Shown one piece after another: positions 1 to 16,018 of a stretch of DNA of 64,000 bases. Every line of letters starts with the position of its first letter. Positions within the stretch are counted from its first letter, which is position 1. The DNA comes from the human T2T-CHM13v2.0 reference genome, Homo sapiens, in assembly GCF_009914755.1 (NCBI RefSeq), contig NC_060931.1; one strand, 5' to 3'. The position numbers and the translations under genes were made by a program. The notes beneath the pieces were generated by a model that searched no databases, was not told the DNA's origin, and worked only from the letters and a program-made list of their open reading frames with translations.

Positions 1-130
1 CTGCGAGGACTGGTGTTCACCTTTCTCCAGGCACCACTCTCTCCTTTCTTCTTGTTACAAGTGTTATAACTGGAAACTATGGATAAAGGGAAACTTCCTC
101 CTTTGAAATCAGCTGTATGCTGGTCTAGCT
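1..130 (-). CDS. CTTNBP2: CTTNBP2 exon ~19, partial (continues past window start)
   Basis: Acceptor GTTTCAG|AG; encodes (E)[42 protein letters not shown], in phase with the previous exon. Confidence 0.93.
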
Positions 131-449
131 CTGAAACAACACAAATCACAGCAGGGATAATGCAGTTTCACTGATTAAAGCAAAATACATTTCCGTTTCT
201 CAAAGATACGGACTGTTCAAAATAATGCATTTATTTAGTATCCAAGCTGGGGTTTTGTGAACCAGCACCAACTTTACTTGGAGGTCTAGAATTCAAACAT
301 TAACCAGTAATTAAAATCACAGTTCTGGAACACTGCTATAAGATGTATATTTTTCTAATTACAAAGAAAGAAAGCTCTCTAAAAACAGCTTTTAAAAGGT
401 ATTTCACAAGGGTGTGAATTTCCTCTCCTCTCTGCAGAAACCCACATAC

Positions 450-655
450 CTGCTCTGGGGAGGGGACAGCCATGCAGTACAGCTTTATTTAGCAAGATGC
501 TGAGAGCAGCTTTGACCACAGCCTGCTGTCCTTGGCTAGGGTGTCTTTTAGCAGTTGTCTGCCCAAAGCCAGGTTGTCTTTTCACAGAGGCTCTTGACAA
601 TATTGCTTCTTGAACTCTGGGTGCGATGACGCCATTCCACAGCTTAGACATCCAC
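450..655 (-). CDS. CTTNBP2: CTTNBP2 exon ~18 (206 nt)
   Basis: CTGCTAG|G ... GCAG|GTATGT; [23 protein letters not shown]...GCPLPRA (ORF 379..651). Confidence 0.95.
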
Positions 656-1088
656 CTAGCAGGAGAGGGACCGATTCATCCCTTAGGAGCAGGCTTCTCA
701 ATAATTATACACAATTCCGTGAAAGGACAGTTTGAAGACTATGGGGAAAAAACGTTAAGTGTTTCTATAGATATGCTACCTTTCCCAGGTAGTTTTCAAA
801 GAAGTGAAATTACCCAATACAAAAGTGTTTGAATCTGCCTCAAAAATACACTGTATTTCAAATGAAACTGATTGTTTACATGTCTCTCTCAATGTAGAAT
901 CAATGCTTGAGTGCTGAGTGAATAAATGCATGAATAAACACATTGAAAGGAAGGTAAATTTAAAGACTGAAAAAATCTGGAAAAAAGATTTCCTAAAAGT
1001 CCATGTCTAAATAGCTTCAACTTCTTTGTTACATCTCCTTAATAAGGTGCACATACATTGTATTGTAATATTTCTGAAATTGGGATAC

Positions 1089-1510
<422 letters not shown>

Positions 1511-2600
1511 TAATAGCCATAAACAGTGGGACTGCAGCCCAAATTTGCAGCACTCAATGCCAATTAAAATTCCATCAAAAAAAGATTATGCTTTGTTGCA
1601 GTATTAAAAAACACTTATATGATTAAAGGCTATAGAAACAAAACCACATCTCCCAGGTTAGGAATGTTTTCAAAGCTTAGACATTGCATAAAACTTTCAA
1701 GAATTGTCAAAAACTATGATCCATCTATTTTAAGTTTCTCTCTTAATGTCTAGTGCTACACAATCGGGGGAAAAATAAAAGTACGAATGGGAACACAGAC
1801 AAAATTCTGGTATTCTACAGCATGAATCGAAATTATGCAGTTATTCCTAAAAGTGCTGAAGTATAAATATGATAAGCTGTGGTCGGAAAAAAAAAATCAA
1901 CTCCTTAACTTAGCCATTGGTAGACAATTCTCTGCAGCATTTCTGCACATCTGGTGTCAGGTTTTGTTCTAAACTATCTTTTCAGTCTTGGAAGACAGAG
2001 ATAAATGTCTCCTTCAGGATCAGAGGGCAGAATTGTTTCCTGATCAGGATAATAAAAACAACATCTTCCAGGGCCAAGGGTCGACAGAGTTGCAGCATCC
2101 CTCTTTAGAAACCTTGGAGGGATGGGAAGGGGGGAGTTCCACAGCTGTTGAGGCAAATCCAGCAACCACATGGGCTACTATGTATCACCCTGTGGGGCTT
2201 CAGGGATAAAGGGAATCTATGTAAAAGTGAAGCTCAGGCTGCCTGCCTGCTGTGTTGTGGGTGATGAAGTGCTGTGTCCCTAACTCAGCATCCTGAACCA
2301 TGGCAGGCTAACTTGGTAGCTTGCAAATAGGGTAAAAATCTTGGGACCTCCATAATTCTTGACAAAGACTATATTCCATATAGGAGAGGTCAAAAATGAT
2401 TCCTAAGAATCTTGAGACTCTGGATGTAAAAAAGACTTTAATTTAACTGACATAATAATGAAGAAAGTGGTAATTATATCAATAAGTGTATTTATTTTGT
2501 AGCAAAATTCTAAATATATATTTAATATAGTACTTCTTTCCCACCAATTAGCTGTTATAAAAATGGTGGTTTGTCTTACAATAGAGAAAATATACATATA

Positions 2601-2889
2601 CTTTTTAGAGACAGGGTCTTGCTCTAATACTCAGGCTGGAGTTCGGTGGCTTAATCAAAGCTCACTGCAGTCTTGACCTCCTGGGCTCAATTGATCCTCC
2701 TGCCTCAGCCTCCCAACTCAATAGCTGGGACTACAGGTACATGCCACTATGCCTGGCTAATTTTTTTTTTTAAATAGAGATGGGGTCTCACTACGTTGCC
2801 TGGGCTGACCTTTAACTCCTGGCCTCAAGTGATCCTCCCCTCTCAACTTCCCAATGATGGGATTATAGGCATGAACCACTACATCCAGC
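2601..2889 (-). mobile_element. Alu (J-type, diverged)
   Basis: Reverse-complement Alu with CpG decay. Confidence 0.9.
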
Positions 2890-3486
2890 TAAGAAGATAT
2901 TATTTCTATCCCCTGCTTTCCAAAATAGACTTCTGCCCATGGCACCAGAAACTATAGAATCAAATCTGCTTGCTGGTCACAGAACCATTACTAAACTGGA
3001 TGGTAACAAATTTTTTCTCATTTCAACTTTCTCCTGATTTTCTATTTCATTAACCTTATTGTATATATGTCTGTTCTCATAAGATGCTTCAAAGGAAAAC
3101 AGTAAGTACTGAACATATGTCTCAATAAAGGGAAAGCTTTTCAATTCATTAACAGAATGCAGGTTTTTTGGAGGGTGTGCATACAATACTTGATGAAACT
3201 TCTTATGTGGTACCTCACTCAGGAGACTCTGCATAGCAAGCCAAACATAACTTGGATGAGAATTTTCTAATAGAGGAAAAACCTAGCTCTCAGCAAAAAT
3301 GCAGCTGCCCTAGGAAGCACACAGTAGGCAAGCTGTGGCCATCCTCTGAAAGAGCAGAGAGCACTGGCACTCCGTGTCAGTGACAGGAGGTGGCACAAGG
3401 CAGCCTGGTCAGCATTCTCACCCTCAAACATCTGAATTGGCCACGTCTCTATCATAAGCAGAAAGATAAGGAAAAATGGCACTTAC

Positions 3487-3665
3487 TTCACTGTCACTTG
3501 GGCATGCCCAGGAACTACAGGACAAGACAGGAAATATTTTGGTCCAAGAAGTGCTTCAGGTGTGCCCAAGCGGGCCAGGCAGGAGTTAAGCTGACGCCAG
3601 ACGGACAGAGCCCAGTCGACAATCTTGCACACAGGATCGCAGGGGGAGGGCGCCTGACCTTTGAA
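3487..3665 (-). CDS. CTTNBP2: CTTNBP2 exon ~17 (179 nt)
   Basis: TCTCTAG|TTC ... GAA|GTAAGT; [59 protein letters not shown]. Confidence 0.95.
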
Positions 3666-3839
3666 CTAGAGAGACAGGGAGGTGGAACCCAGGGGCTTGG
3701 TTTAGAACATTTTGTTTTTAGAAGCCCAAAATTAAAAATATAAAACTTTAAATCAAAATTGAAAAGTAGCTGAATCTTATTTAACTTTACTTGGGATGGC
3801 TGAAGGAGGGATAATAACACATACTATAGTTGTGCAAAC

Positions 3840-3995
3840 GTGTTAGTGTGATAAGCATTTTTCTCCTTTAATTCTCACCATGAGCCTGAGTTAGGCATTT
3901 TTACCCCATTTTACATATCAGGAGCCTGAGGCAGGAAGAAAAAATAACTCGCCCAAGGTCCCACAGGTAATAGTGGCAAAGCCAGGGCTAGAGTC
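3840..3995 (-). mobile_element. MIR
   Basis: CCCCATTTTACATATCAGGAGCCTGAGGC...GCCCAAGGTCCCACAG. Confidence 0.7.
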
Positions 3996-4004
3996 TATTT
4001 ATAT

Positions 4005-4180
4005 TTTTTATTAAGGTATAATTGACAAAAATTATATATATTTGTGGTATATATCATGATGTTTTGATGTATACATTGTGAAATTATTAAATTAAGCTGA
4101 CTAACATATCCATCCCTTTACATACTTATTTTTATTTAAGATCTACTCTCAGCAATCTGCAAGTATACATTAACTACATA
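4005..4180 (-). mobile_element. Short L1M 3' end fragment
   Basis: GGTATAATTGACAAAAATT...ATACATTGTGAAAT...ATCTACTCT pattern. Confidence 0.6.
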
Positions 4181-7100
4181 GGGCTTATCTTTAATAGAAA
4201 AATAGGATACAGCATCTCGCTGAAATAATAAAGGAGTCATTTATCACATTTAAAAGGAATTCAGTAATCACTATTAAGCTAAAGAACTTCCTCTTCTTCC
4301 TCAGGCTTAACATTTCTGAAGCTCTCTGTTTAAGCCTCACTTTCTACCGTCAGCCAGGGCTGAAAGAACAGGCTTAGCTTTGTGGGCAGCTGACAGAGGG
4401 ACAGGGATCTCCCCAGCTGCCTCATCAAGACCACATGTAGAGGAAGGGAGAAGGAGGGTAGAGCTCTCATTGTAACTCGGTCCCCAGGGAAACGTTACTT
4501 TTTCTGGGAGGACTGAATTATTCTCTTAATGACTGTCTAATAAACTGCTTCTAAAGCTCAGACTGTTAGACATCGTAACGGAATCACATTTCACAGTACC
4601 CAAAGGCAGAATGTAATCTGTCTTTCCTAAGGACCTGAACAAACAGGAAGGGTGTCCACCTCTCTCCAAAGTGCAGATGTTGTTTATATGAAATTTCTCC
4701 TTTTGCAAGTTGGCTGTATTATGGGAAAAGTGGTTATCGGACAGTACATTAAAAACTGGTGTTTCATTAAAAGGTCTATCCAATAAATAGACTTTCTAGT
4801 AACCACATGTTTTTATTTCCTTCCCCAGAGATACATTCCTTCAGTGTTAATGGATAATTTTGCATAGAGGTGTGTATGCCTACTATGTATTCTATGCCTA
4901 TTTGTTATTGCTGCTAAGAAGAAAAAAATCCATGTAAGTTAGTGTACTCATGAAATACAGAGGAAACAAAAGAAAAGGTGTGAAAAGCTAATGAAGAGCA
5001 AGTGGTCAGTTCTGGTGCGGTTTGATGGAGTGGAGAAAGCCACCCACCAGGTACTGCAATTGCCTTCCTTTTTTTTTTCTTTTGAATTTTACCAGCTGGA
5101 AAAATGAGGAAATTGAGCCAGGCCCTTTATCTTTCAGATCCCTTCCAGACTGGCAGTCTTGAAGTACAGACAGACACAAGCTGCTATGGTAATTCAAAAG
5201 AAGAACTGACTAAATACAGCGTGGTCAAGAAAGACAAATAGATGAGGTGGGGACTTCAGCTGGGTCTCTCACAGGATGTCCAGGACATGGTATTGGTGAG
5301 GGGAGGTGGGAAGAGTGTCCCAAATATGGAAGAGGGAAGGAACTGTGGAGGAGCGGTCAAAATGGATGCTGATGTTTGCAAATAACAAAAGGGATGAATA
5401 AATGACAGGCTTCTACAAGTAAACAGTCTATGTAACTGTTACTAATTCAAGGTGCTGGATCTGATCCCCCACCTAGTATGTCCCCTGAACGAATGACTTC
5501 AAGGCCACGTAGTTGTCCCTGAGTTTTCCACATGCCAACCTCCTCCTCCCTAGGCCTGAGATGTGTTGCAAGTGCTGCTCCTTCTGCCCAGACCCCCTGC
5601 TTCCCTATTCTCAGCAAACCCTTCTTCCTTGACATAACAAATTAGCATGACCTGCAAATCCTTCAATGTGACCACAGATAGAGAGGCCTCCACCCCAAAT
5701 TCCTAAAATAAGTACTCTTCCCAACTTCCGCCCGAGTTTCTATAGTGGTACCTTACCTGTTTCTTTCACAGCACATATTAGCCACCTGTTTAATTAGCAT
5801 GATTTGAGTGTTGTACCCATGAAGTCGGACAGAATCAGAACTGGGAACACAGAGTTTAATCTGATGTCATTTATCAGATTTGTAGCCCTGCCACTCAAGA
5901 AGAGACAAGGCTTAAATAGTTGAATCCAGTCCAGTGGTGAAATAGCATGGGTAAAGGTTACAGATTCAAATACAAGCTGAGAACTAGGTAATGTGTAAAC
6001 TGAATCTACTCCACTTGGAAGGCACGGACTCAGACGCTTGTACACAGTGACTATTAGTGGGACTCTACTGGTTTTTTTCTTGTTATTGAGGAAAGCCTAA
6101 GGCCAGATCACAAGTCCTCAACAAGCCTGGCTGATATACAGACTTGGCCAGCCAAGAAAATAACCCTAAATTTTCATGGAAAGAGAACCCAGGTTTCCTG
6201 AGATGGAAAAAATTCGGGGGGATGGGGACAGGGGGTATATTTTTATCTTCATTAATATTCAGAATTAAATATAATCAAACATTATTTTTTCGGTTAGGAT
6301 GAGAGAATCATATATTGGGTATTTTTAAATACTTGAAATGTTTACAGGAATTTCATATATTAGAATAGCTTCATGTCCAGTTTAAAATGGTAACTGAGTT
6401 TAGGGTTGTGGTCTTAAGAAGGGGTAAGAGAATTTTATTAAGTTTATGTACATGGTACAAGGCTATTAAGAGATCATTTGAGCCACAATTTATAAATTTA
6501 ATTTTCTGGTTTTACAAGAGTTAGTTAAGTACTTGGGAAGATTTGTCAGACAGCAGAAGTTCTTAAAAAGAGAAATAAAATATATTGAAGTTTTAAAGAC
6601 CAAACTATTTAAAGAAATGTAATTAAGCTATGAGTCCCTTCAAAGGTGATTGTTAAATTTTGCTAGATTTATACACAGAAAGATAAAGCTTATACAATTA
6701 ACTTAAAAGCCTGAGGGAAAGCCGGGCATTTGGATGTACAACTCTAACACACTGAACACGTTTTTTTAAAATAGCACTTGAATAATGCCTCCTGAATAAA
6801 AACTGTCCTCCAAGGTCCCAAATCCTACACAGATAGACAGTTTCTTTTTGAAGGCCTGTCTTTCCATGAGAACACTAGCTCTCTGAGGGTGAGAGGAACC
6901 CGGTCTTGTCTCACAGTCCCCAGGCCAGGGGCCAATGTTTACAGAATAACCAGCTAACACTGTTCTGATGCACTTATCACACTGTGTTTTGATGATCAGT
7001 TGCCATGGCTATAGGTCCTTTCAACCTTAGTACTGGAGCTTGGTGTGCCACAAAGTGAGGATTTGGAAAATGCTATGACTGACTGACGGGAAGAACAGGC

Positions 7101-7766
7101 TGAGAAGTTCTAAGTCTGGATGACTGATAACAAAAAAGGAAGTCGGCGGGGGAAGCCCGGAGTTAGGTTTGGGGACAGGACATGTTGAGTTTGTTACGTG
7201 TGCAGTGTCAGATGGACTGCATTATATAGATCTGTAGCTGATTACATGAACTTAACACAAAATAGAGGGGCACGCAGACAAAGGAGAAAGCTGGATCAAT
7301 TTTTAAACATGAATTCTGGAAGAAAACATTACTTACATATATGTGTATATAGTCCCTCACCAGGTCTTACAGAACATAAGTGTTCAAAAAAGTTTTTTTA
7401 ACTTAATAAGAATGACATTAAATATTTCATATTCTGGGTAAGTGACGAGATGCTGTATCTGGATTTGTAGTATGTTCACCTGGTATTAATGGTAATGAAA
7501 AACAATTTTATTTTCCTAAAAGTAAGGTCTCAGATAAAATGCTAACGTCACCAAAATGTACAGAGCTCTTTCAGCATACATTTTTCCAAAATTTAAAATG
7601 TGCACATTTTAAATAACACCATATAACACACATGACCTAAAGGGAGTAATTCTTTTTAGAATTATATTTTATTTATAAAAATCAAATCTTTTATGGAGGG
7701 TTCACACAAAAATAAATATTTATTTACTTTTAGGAGAAATATCCCTTGATTAGAAGTCAGGCACAG

Positions 7767-8071
<305 letters not shown>

Positions 8072-10310
8072 TCAGGCACAGAAACTAACTTTGTATTTTA
8101 CAAGAAAGAAGATTCACATAAATCTTTGCTGTACCAAGTAATTATGATATTAAGACAGGGGACAATTGTGAACACTGGTATGTCCTACATGAAGGAAATA
8201 ATTTGGCCAAGGAAAAACAAAAAAATGATTCTGTGATACCAGCAGCTCTATTAAATTGATATCACTGTACTATCTGAGGCTTTGGGATCTGTTACAATTT
8301 TCCTTCTCTTCAAAAGAGGAATGATCATTATATAACTCTTTTATATTTTTTAAGCTACAATTCTGAGATTATGTATTACATAATTAATGATAGTTTAGTA
8401 TTTCCTACTAAAAAGGGTATAATTGTTTTTTATTAAATACTAGTAGAAAGCCTAGTATTGTCCTGAAAGGTCGATTTTCTTGTATCTCTCCAAGGAACTA
8501 GAAGAAGAAATTGTGATCAATTGCCAGTGTGCTTTAAGTGCCCACAAAGATTAGGTTCTGTGACATTACAAGATTTCTGATGTTTTGCAGGACTCATCCA
8601 TTCCCTTGTACACACACCCCAGGGGCTGTTTTATTAACCTACTTGAAGTGCTTATTGGTATAGGAAAGGCATTTCCTTTTTTCCAGTTTCTATTATTTGC
8701 AGCACATCCCACTCTCAAACGCAATGGAAAAGAGAGTGAACCTGAAGCTTGGAACTTTCCTTTCAAAGTAAGTTAAAACAATTTTTATCAGAGAGCTAGC
8801 GGGAGAGGGGTATACTTTACCTGAAATAGTGCCAATCCTACATAATAAAACTGGTATCTTTTCTGATTATTTACATGAATTATCTTTGGCAATGAGATTT
8901 AAATATTGACAGTGATAGTTAATGCAAGTATCGGTAATTTGAAAAGCTACAGACCTATGACTGTCTTTACCTCACCATTCGTCCTTCTTGTTGAGATCAT
9001 ACAGTGGCTAGGCTTTGGCCAAAAGCATAATATTTATGACCAAGTAACTGATTTAAATATAACATGGGGTAGATTTCCCTCATTAAATTAGGAATTTCAG
9101 ATATTAATTCTAATTACCAGTGGCAGACACTGTTCAATGAATTCCCAAAAGCCATTCTCACCCCACACTTCTCCCCGCCACCATCTCCCCTGCCCCAGCA
9201 CAAATGCGTACACATACTCTAACACAATAGACACAGAAATTTGTTCAAGCACTTGGTGGAGAGCTTCAATCTTGGAAAAGCAGGTTTGGCCATGGTCTGG
9301 GATGAAACCAGTTTTAGTTAATGAAACATTAAAGAGAAGTCTTATGTTTCTGGAAAAGTGCTTTCCTCCCTGATAAGGAAGAGACTGAGGAAGCCGAAGC
9401 TCTCTATCCTTCGCTGCAGCCCGCTTTCTGCCCTTGAACATGTTTTCACAAGGGCACAGTGTCTGCAGCCTTGTGGGCACACTGCAGTCTTGACGGGAGG
9501 GTCAACAGACTCCCCTGGACCTGGGACCTGAGACGTTGGACACCTACCACAAGATATCTGGTTATGTGAGGGGGAAAATCCTCTTTCTGTGAAGCAGCTA
9601 GCAGTTGGGGTGTTATTAGCAGCTTAAAATCCTGCAATAATGCAATGACAATACTGTCCTCCAAATGTGGCCCATTGTGCAGGATTAAATGAGAAAATCT
9701 TACTAAATCAAACTCTATTATTTCTAATCTACCTTGACACTCAGCTACTGGCCCAATTTAAAAATATTAAATAATGATGTATTCGATTTGGTCAGCTTTC
9801 AATTATTTTTGTCATTTGGGAGAATATAGAATACTTATTTTGTTATTCTGTGAAAGTCACTAAAAGTTATTATTACTCTTGAAAATGTGTCAAAAGGTAT
9901 AGAATTCTACTTTTTCATGTGGCTTAATATCTACCATAGCATAGTATAACAGGCCTGTTGTAAAATGTGCTCACAAGGGTGTATGTTTTGAAGGCTCCAA
10001 GAAAGATGTAAGTTTTCCTTAAGAAGAGTGATTAATTTTCTAACCAAGCCTTCTACAGCATTTAGAACTTGGTGAGATTCCTTGAGAACAGCTGATAGCC
10101 ACGGTAAAACTAATTTGCTTTTTCTTGTAGTTAATGTAGTGCAGAAATTGTTATGGGTTTCACATTCATTATGTTTTTTGGCCCTTGAATGTCAAAAAGC
10201 TGTACCTGCCCAAGGCTGCATAGTTAGTGAGTGGTGGAACTCAAGCTGAGATCTCCTGACAACAAAAACCCCTGCTCTCCTGGCAACAGGCTGCACTTGC
10301 TGTTTGTTAC

Positions 10311-10498
10311 CTTATTCACAACTTTCCTTCGTAAGAACCTCTGCAGCAGTCCTTGCATGGGCTCGCCATCCCACCGCAGCTGCACCCAGCGGAAATGCTG
10401 CTGCACCAGCAAGTCGGAGCCCTGGAGACAGGCCTTGGCGATGGTTCCCATCAGAAAGCAGTTCTCATGAAAGTAATAACATTCGGACAGTCCATTTC
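10311..10498 (-). CDS. CTTNBP2: CTTNBP2 exon ~16 (188 nt)
   Basis: GTTTCAG|GA ... AAG|GTAACA; [21 protein letters not shown]...[10 protein letters not shown]. Confidence 0.95.
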
Positions 10499-10666
10499 CT
10501 GAAACAAACCAAAAAGCAATGGCCCATCCTCAGTGAGTTATGTTATGGGACAGATTCAAATTAAAATAACGTAAAGAACATGAAGTATAACTGGTACTCT
10601 GGGAAACAGAAAGATTAGAATATTACAGAAGCTTGCTTCTCAGCATGGTCCCTTTATTAGCGTTAC

Positions 10667-10819
10667 CTTTTTGGAAAGTGCAGGGGCTTTCAGTGCTGCG
10701 ATTTTCAAGAGGTGCCAAAAAGTCCCTCAATAACTCCGACAGTGAAGATTTTTCTAAATTTTCTAAAATGATGATGATTTTCTTCTTACTGGGAGATTGT
10801 TTCACTGGGATCAGACAAG
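10667..10819 (-). CDS. CTTNBP2: CTTNBP2 exon ~15 (153 nt)
   Basis: TTATAG|CT ... AAAG|GTAACG; [23 protein letters not shown]...PCTFQK. Confidence 0.95.
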
Positions 10820-10869
10820 CTATAATAAAAAAGGAAATTCAGTGATTCAAGCTTTTGACAAAAATTTAT

Positions 10870-11510
10870 ACAAATTGGCAAAACTAAAAAAGTCTGAAGT
10901 TATAAAGCATTAGCAAAGATGTGGTATAATGGGAATGTTCTTAAATTGCTTGGGGAGTGAACAACTCTGGAAAACTGTTCGGTATTATTTGATAAGTTTG
11001 AACACACTCAAAATGATCCAACATTCCTTGTTCTATAACAAGTCTCAAATGGAATCAACCCAATGTCCATCAACAATAGAATAAATGAATAAATAAGAGT
11101 ATGTTCATACAACAAATAGAAAGCGAACAAATGACAACTTTTACAACATGGAAGACTCACAAACAATATATTAAGAAGCAAATCATAAAAGATTATATAC
11201 AATGTGATTTCATCATGTAAAGTTCAAAACAGGCAACACTAAATCTATAATTTAGGGATTCATACACAGGGAGTAAAACTATAAAGAAAAGCTAAGAAAT
11301 GATTATCATGAAAGAGTAGTGGTTACTTCCAAAGGGAAGGGTTTGCGATAAGGGGGACGGACCACACAGTCACATTCTGAGAGCTGAGAATATTTTATTT
11401 CTTGGCCTAGTCAGTGGTTACATGGTTATTTTATTTTAAATTATTAATTAATCTGTAAACATAAGTAGTATATATTTTAGTATATCTATTTCATAATACA
11501 AAAGGTTAAA
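10870..11510 (+). mobile_element. Old L1M (ME-like) 3' fragment
   Basis: CAACCCAATGTCCATCAACAATAGAATAAATG and AAGTTCAAAACAGGCAA motifs. Confidence 0.7.
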
Positions 11511-11518
11511 AGCCCTTA

Positions 11519-11850
<332 letters not shown>

Positions 11851-12957
11851 TGTAGACAGGACCTCAGAGAGATAAGTAAATCGCTCTTTCCATTTTCCAG
11901 ATCTCAGAGAGGCTGAAGTAATTTGTGGTCTCAGAAACAATGGTAAGGGAGGAGTAAAATCCAGCACTTCCGACTCATATTTTCCCATTCGTTTCACTCA
12001 GGATGGGAAGGACTGACTTTCTGTCAACCCAAAATGAAAGCTAGAAAAGTAAATGAAAAATTAATATTATATATAGGAAATGAATAAGGGCACAAAACAT
12101 ACTTAAAACAGTACCTGGCATCTACTAAGCAGAAACTATTAATAGTTTAGTTAAAATGTATTCTATATGGCACTTCCCATATACTAATCAATTACAAAAT
12201 AAAATCACTTTAGTTTCTTGAAGATTCTAAGATGCCACAGTTTTAGTCAAATTAACCTTGAAAAGAAACCAGTTTAGGATACTTGAGAGTAACATTACCA
12301 AATAGTCTACTTTTTACAAATATTCATGATAGTATATTCTCAATTCCTTCTTGTTACTATAGACACAATGCATTTTCATTTTCAAAAGAACTCCTTGAAC
12401 ACTGTAAATGAATCTCTTCTCAGACAGAAATGGCTCTTCTGGATGCTATGAAAATTTAAAATCTAGAAGGCTAGAAACAATCACAGCCACCTCTCAATCT
12501 AGTTGTACTTGTGGAGGGCTGCTAACACTAGCATCTAGTGTGTGTCAGATCCCTTTCAACACAGCTGTTTGGTAAAGAATGCTAAAATTCTATGTTTCTT
12601 TGGGTTCAAATGTTATTTCAGAAATAGATGTATTGTGGAAGTATGAGAAATCCGTAGTTGGTGAAAACAACAATGGAAAACTAACAAACATTTTTAATTC
12701 AGCGATTAAAAAAACACACAGGATTGATGGTTTATGTATCTGGTTTTCTGTAACTGAGGACTGAAGGTCTCCAGCTTTTCCCTGATTTGTGTTAAGTGCA
12801 TCGCCAGTTTAAGTGGCTCTGAAGCTGCTGCAGCCAGCCAGAATGCATCTGAAGGAAGGAATATTTCCTTGCATTTCAACAAATGTTTATCCAATGCCTC
12901 TTTGCTACAGGTACTGGATGCTGAGTGCTATGGCATGCCAGAAGTGACTCATTCTAA

Positions 12958-13275
<318 letters not shown>

Positions 13276-15358
13276 AGCATTTTAAACTAAGTTTAAGAAA
13301 TGGCACTGGCCGAAGAATGGAGCTGGGCAGGATTCAATTCTAGAAGGGAATACGGCGTCAGATCAAGGTCAGAATAGTTATAAAAGCGTCATCATGGTGA
13401 GCTAAAAGCTGATCCATATAGCAAGTCGGGCCAGGGCTGGGAACTTGGGGTGGTGCCACAGGAGTGGCAGGGCGCCCAGCAGTCACAGCTGCGGAAGGCA
13501 GGCTGCATCTTCATCCTGAGCTGCAGGAATCGCTGGACCCATCCCCAGTGATTCTCAGCGCTTCTGATTTAATTGCACTGTGCTGGGCCTGGGGCACTGG
13601 CATTTTGTAAAAGCTCCCTAGTGATTGGAATGTGCAATCAGGGGCGAGATTTGCTGATATGAAGCCTCAGGACCAAGCCAAAAATGAAAAGTAGAAGACC
13701 CAGAATGTCTTGTTGGGAGGGAGCTACTGGTTCTGGGAATCAGTGGAAGTCTTTAAATAGGGGGATAAACAGGATTTGACTCCTGCTCTGAGATCTTCAT
13801 GGTGCAGAGAATTGGCTGAGGAGGAAAGAAATAGGAGAACACACCTCCTAGACTCTTACTGCTATGGTTAAGGAAAGAGATGATGGGAGCCTCACCCAGG
13901 ACCAACGCACAGAATGAAAAGGCATTTTGAGACCGAATCAGTAAATCTCAGTGGCTGACTTATTGAAAGAGGGGCAGAGAGGAAATACTGGAGACAACTC
14001 TAGGTTTCCACCAGAGAAGAGGCTGAGCAGTTAATGGAGGCAGAGAGCAGATGTGACCAAGCATGTACTTGGGGAGGAGGTGGTGGTGATGGGTTATGTT
14101 TCAGGCTTGATGTGTTTGATGAGTGAAGCATTGCTTCTCTGATGTGCAGCAGGTGGTGGGGCATGAGGGTGAGGGCATTGAGGAAGGATCCAGGCTGGAG
14201 ATAAAATAAATGAGTTTTCAGGCATGCTGGGGTCTCTTGGAAAGAGGCAATATGCTCATTCTCCTGGGTCCTCAAGCAAATACTATATTGCTAGTGACCT
14301 AATACATCTCACATTCAATGGACAGTTTGTGCCCTAGACAAAAAGGGGGAAGGGCTGCTATACATAACCATTGGGTTATCTTTCCACTTCATCTTTATCT
14401 TGGTCTCCCATGAAGTAGCAATCAAGGGTCAAACAGCACAGCTTTCTTTGGGGGAAAGCTTTGTCTTCATTTGCTTGCCTCATTGCCTCAGTTTTTCATT
14501 AGTACCTACTTTTCCATCTGACCACTTAAGTTCCACATCCTTAGTCAAGGTGGGGCAAAGGTTAATTTTATTTTAGTTGAGAAATAGTACGTGTCTAGTT
14601 CAGGTTATTCTGCGTAGTTTCAGGTCTAAAATATTAACCAGCCACAGAAGCAGGAACTCATTACAGTTTCAAGGATCAACCAGTCTCTGATCAGGGCTTA
14701 TGGAGAGGTGAAAGAAGGCCACACACCCCATGTTACAGCTGCAGGTTCCTTTTTACCTTCGGCCAAAAAGTCAGCCATTTGAATTCCCTTTGCTCTGTGC
14801 CACTTCAAAACGCTATTTCTAAAACCAGTCTGCTCTTTTTGACCTTTTTCTTCCAACTTTATAGGCTCTCTCAGCCCTGCTCCTCTCCTGCAGGTTGGTA
14901 ATTTTAACTGGACACTGTCTTTGTGAGGCTCAGGGCTACATCCCAGTTTTGCACATCCTTATATTAAAAGTCCCAGAGAGTGAATTCTGCAGCCAAACTT
15001 ATCAGTTTAAAAATAATTAGCATATCGCATTTCTAGCTAAACCCAAACTGCTTTGTGTCGTAGGTGAGTGACTCCAAGTCTATTATCTCCCCTTTCAGGA
15101 CAGAAAACAACCCCTCTTTTCCATGTGCCCTTAAACCCCGGCTCTGGAGGAACGATGTTCTGAGAGGCCAAGTGGGAAGCACAGGGCAAGCCTTTAAAGA
15201 GTCCCAGGAATGCAGGGCCCAAGGAGGTAAACTCATTTCTGGAGACTCCAATTGTCATAGTCTCCTATTGTAACAGCAACCCTATCCTCATTACTTTTAC
15301 AAAGGAAAGTTCCCTTGAAAAATTCAAAGTATTACTTTAAAATACCCATCTAGTGTTT

Positions 15359-15513
15359 AATTTTTTTTTCTGTTTTACTGTTTACAGTCACTGTAATTTT
15401 AAAAAGTATCATCTTGCTAACCCAAGTCCATACTTTATACTGAGGAGAAATTTGACCTAATTCTAATATGCATTCACAGCCTCCTTACCAAATAACAGAG
15501 TCATATGACATGA
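15359..15513 (+). repeat. Copy 1 of a ~155-bp dispersed direct duplication
   Basis: Colinear with 17191..17344. Confidence 0.88.
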
Positions 15514-15557
15514 CCCTCTCTCAAGAAAGGGAATATGAGAAGAAAATGTTATTTTAA

Positions 15558-16018
<461 letters not shown>

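Noticed and set aside
8811-8830. Minus-strand TTTCAG|GTAAAG recursive-splice-like site
   Set aside because: Intron is only ~6.6 kb and the pyrimidine tract is short; likely chance
9097-9480. Longest non-exonic ORF (127 aa, minus strand)
   Set aside because: No recognisable domain, not needed for exon phase continuity, length expected by chance
10499-10666. 168-nt intron (multiple of 3) as an in-frame retained segment
   Set aside because: Contains an in-frame TAA at 10623-10625
14145-14160. CTCF-like word GCAGCAGGTGGTG (also CCACTTAGTGGCAG near 33045)
   Set aside because: Imperfect matches inside old repeats; cannot be supported without ChIP data
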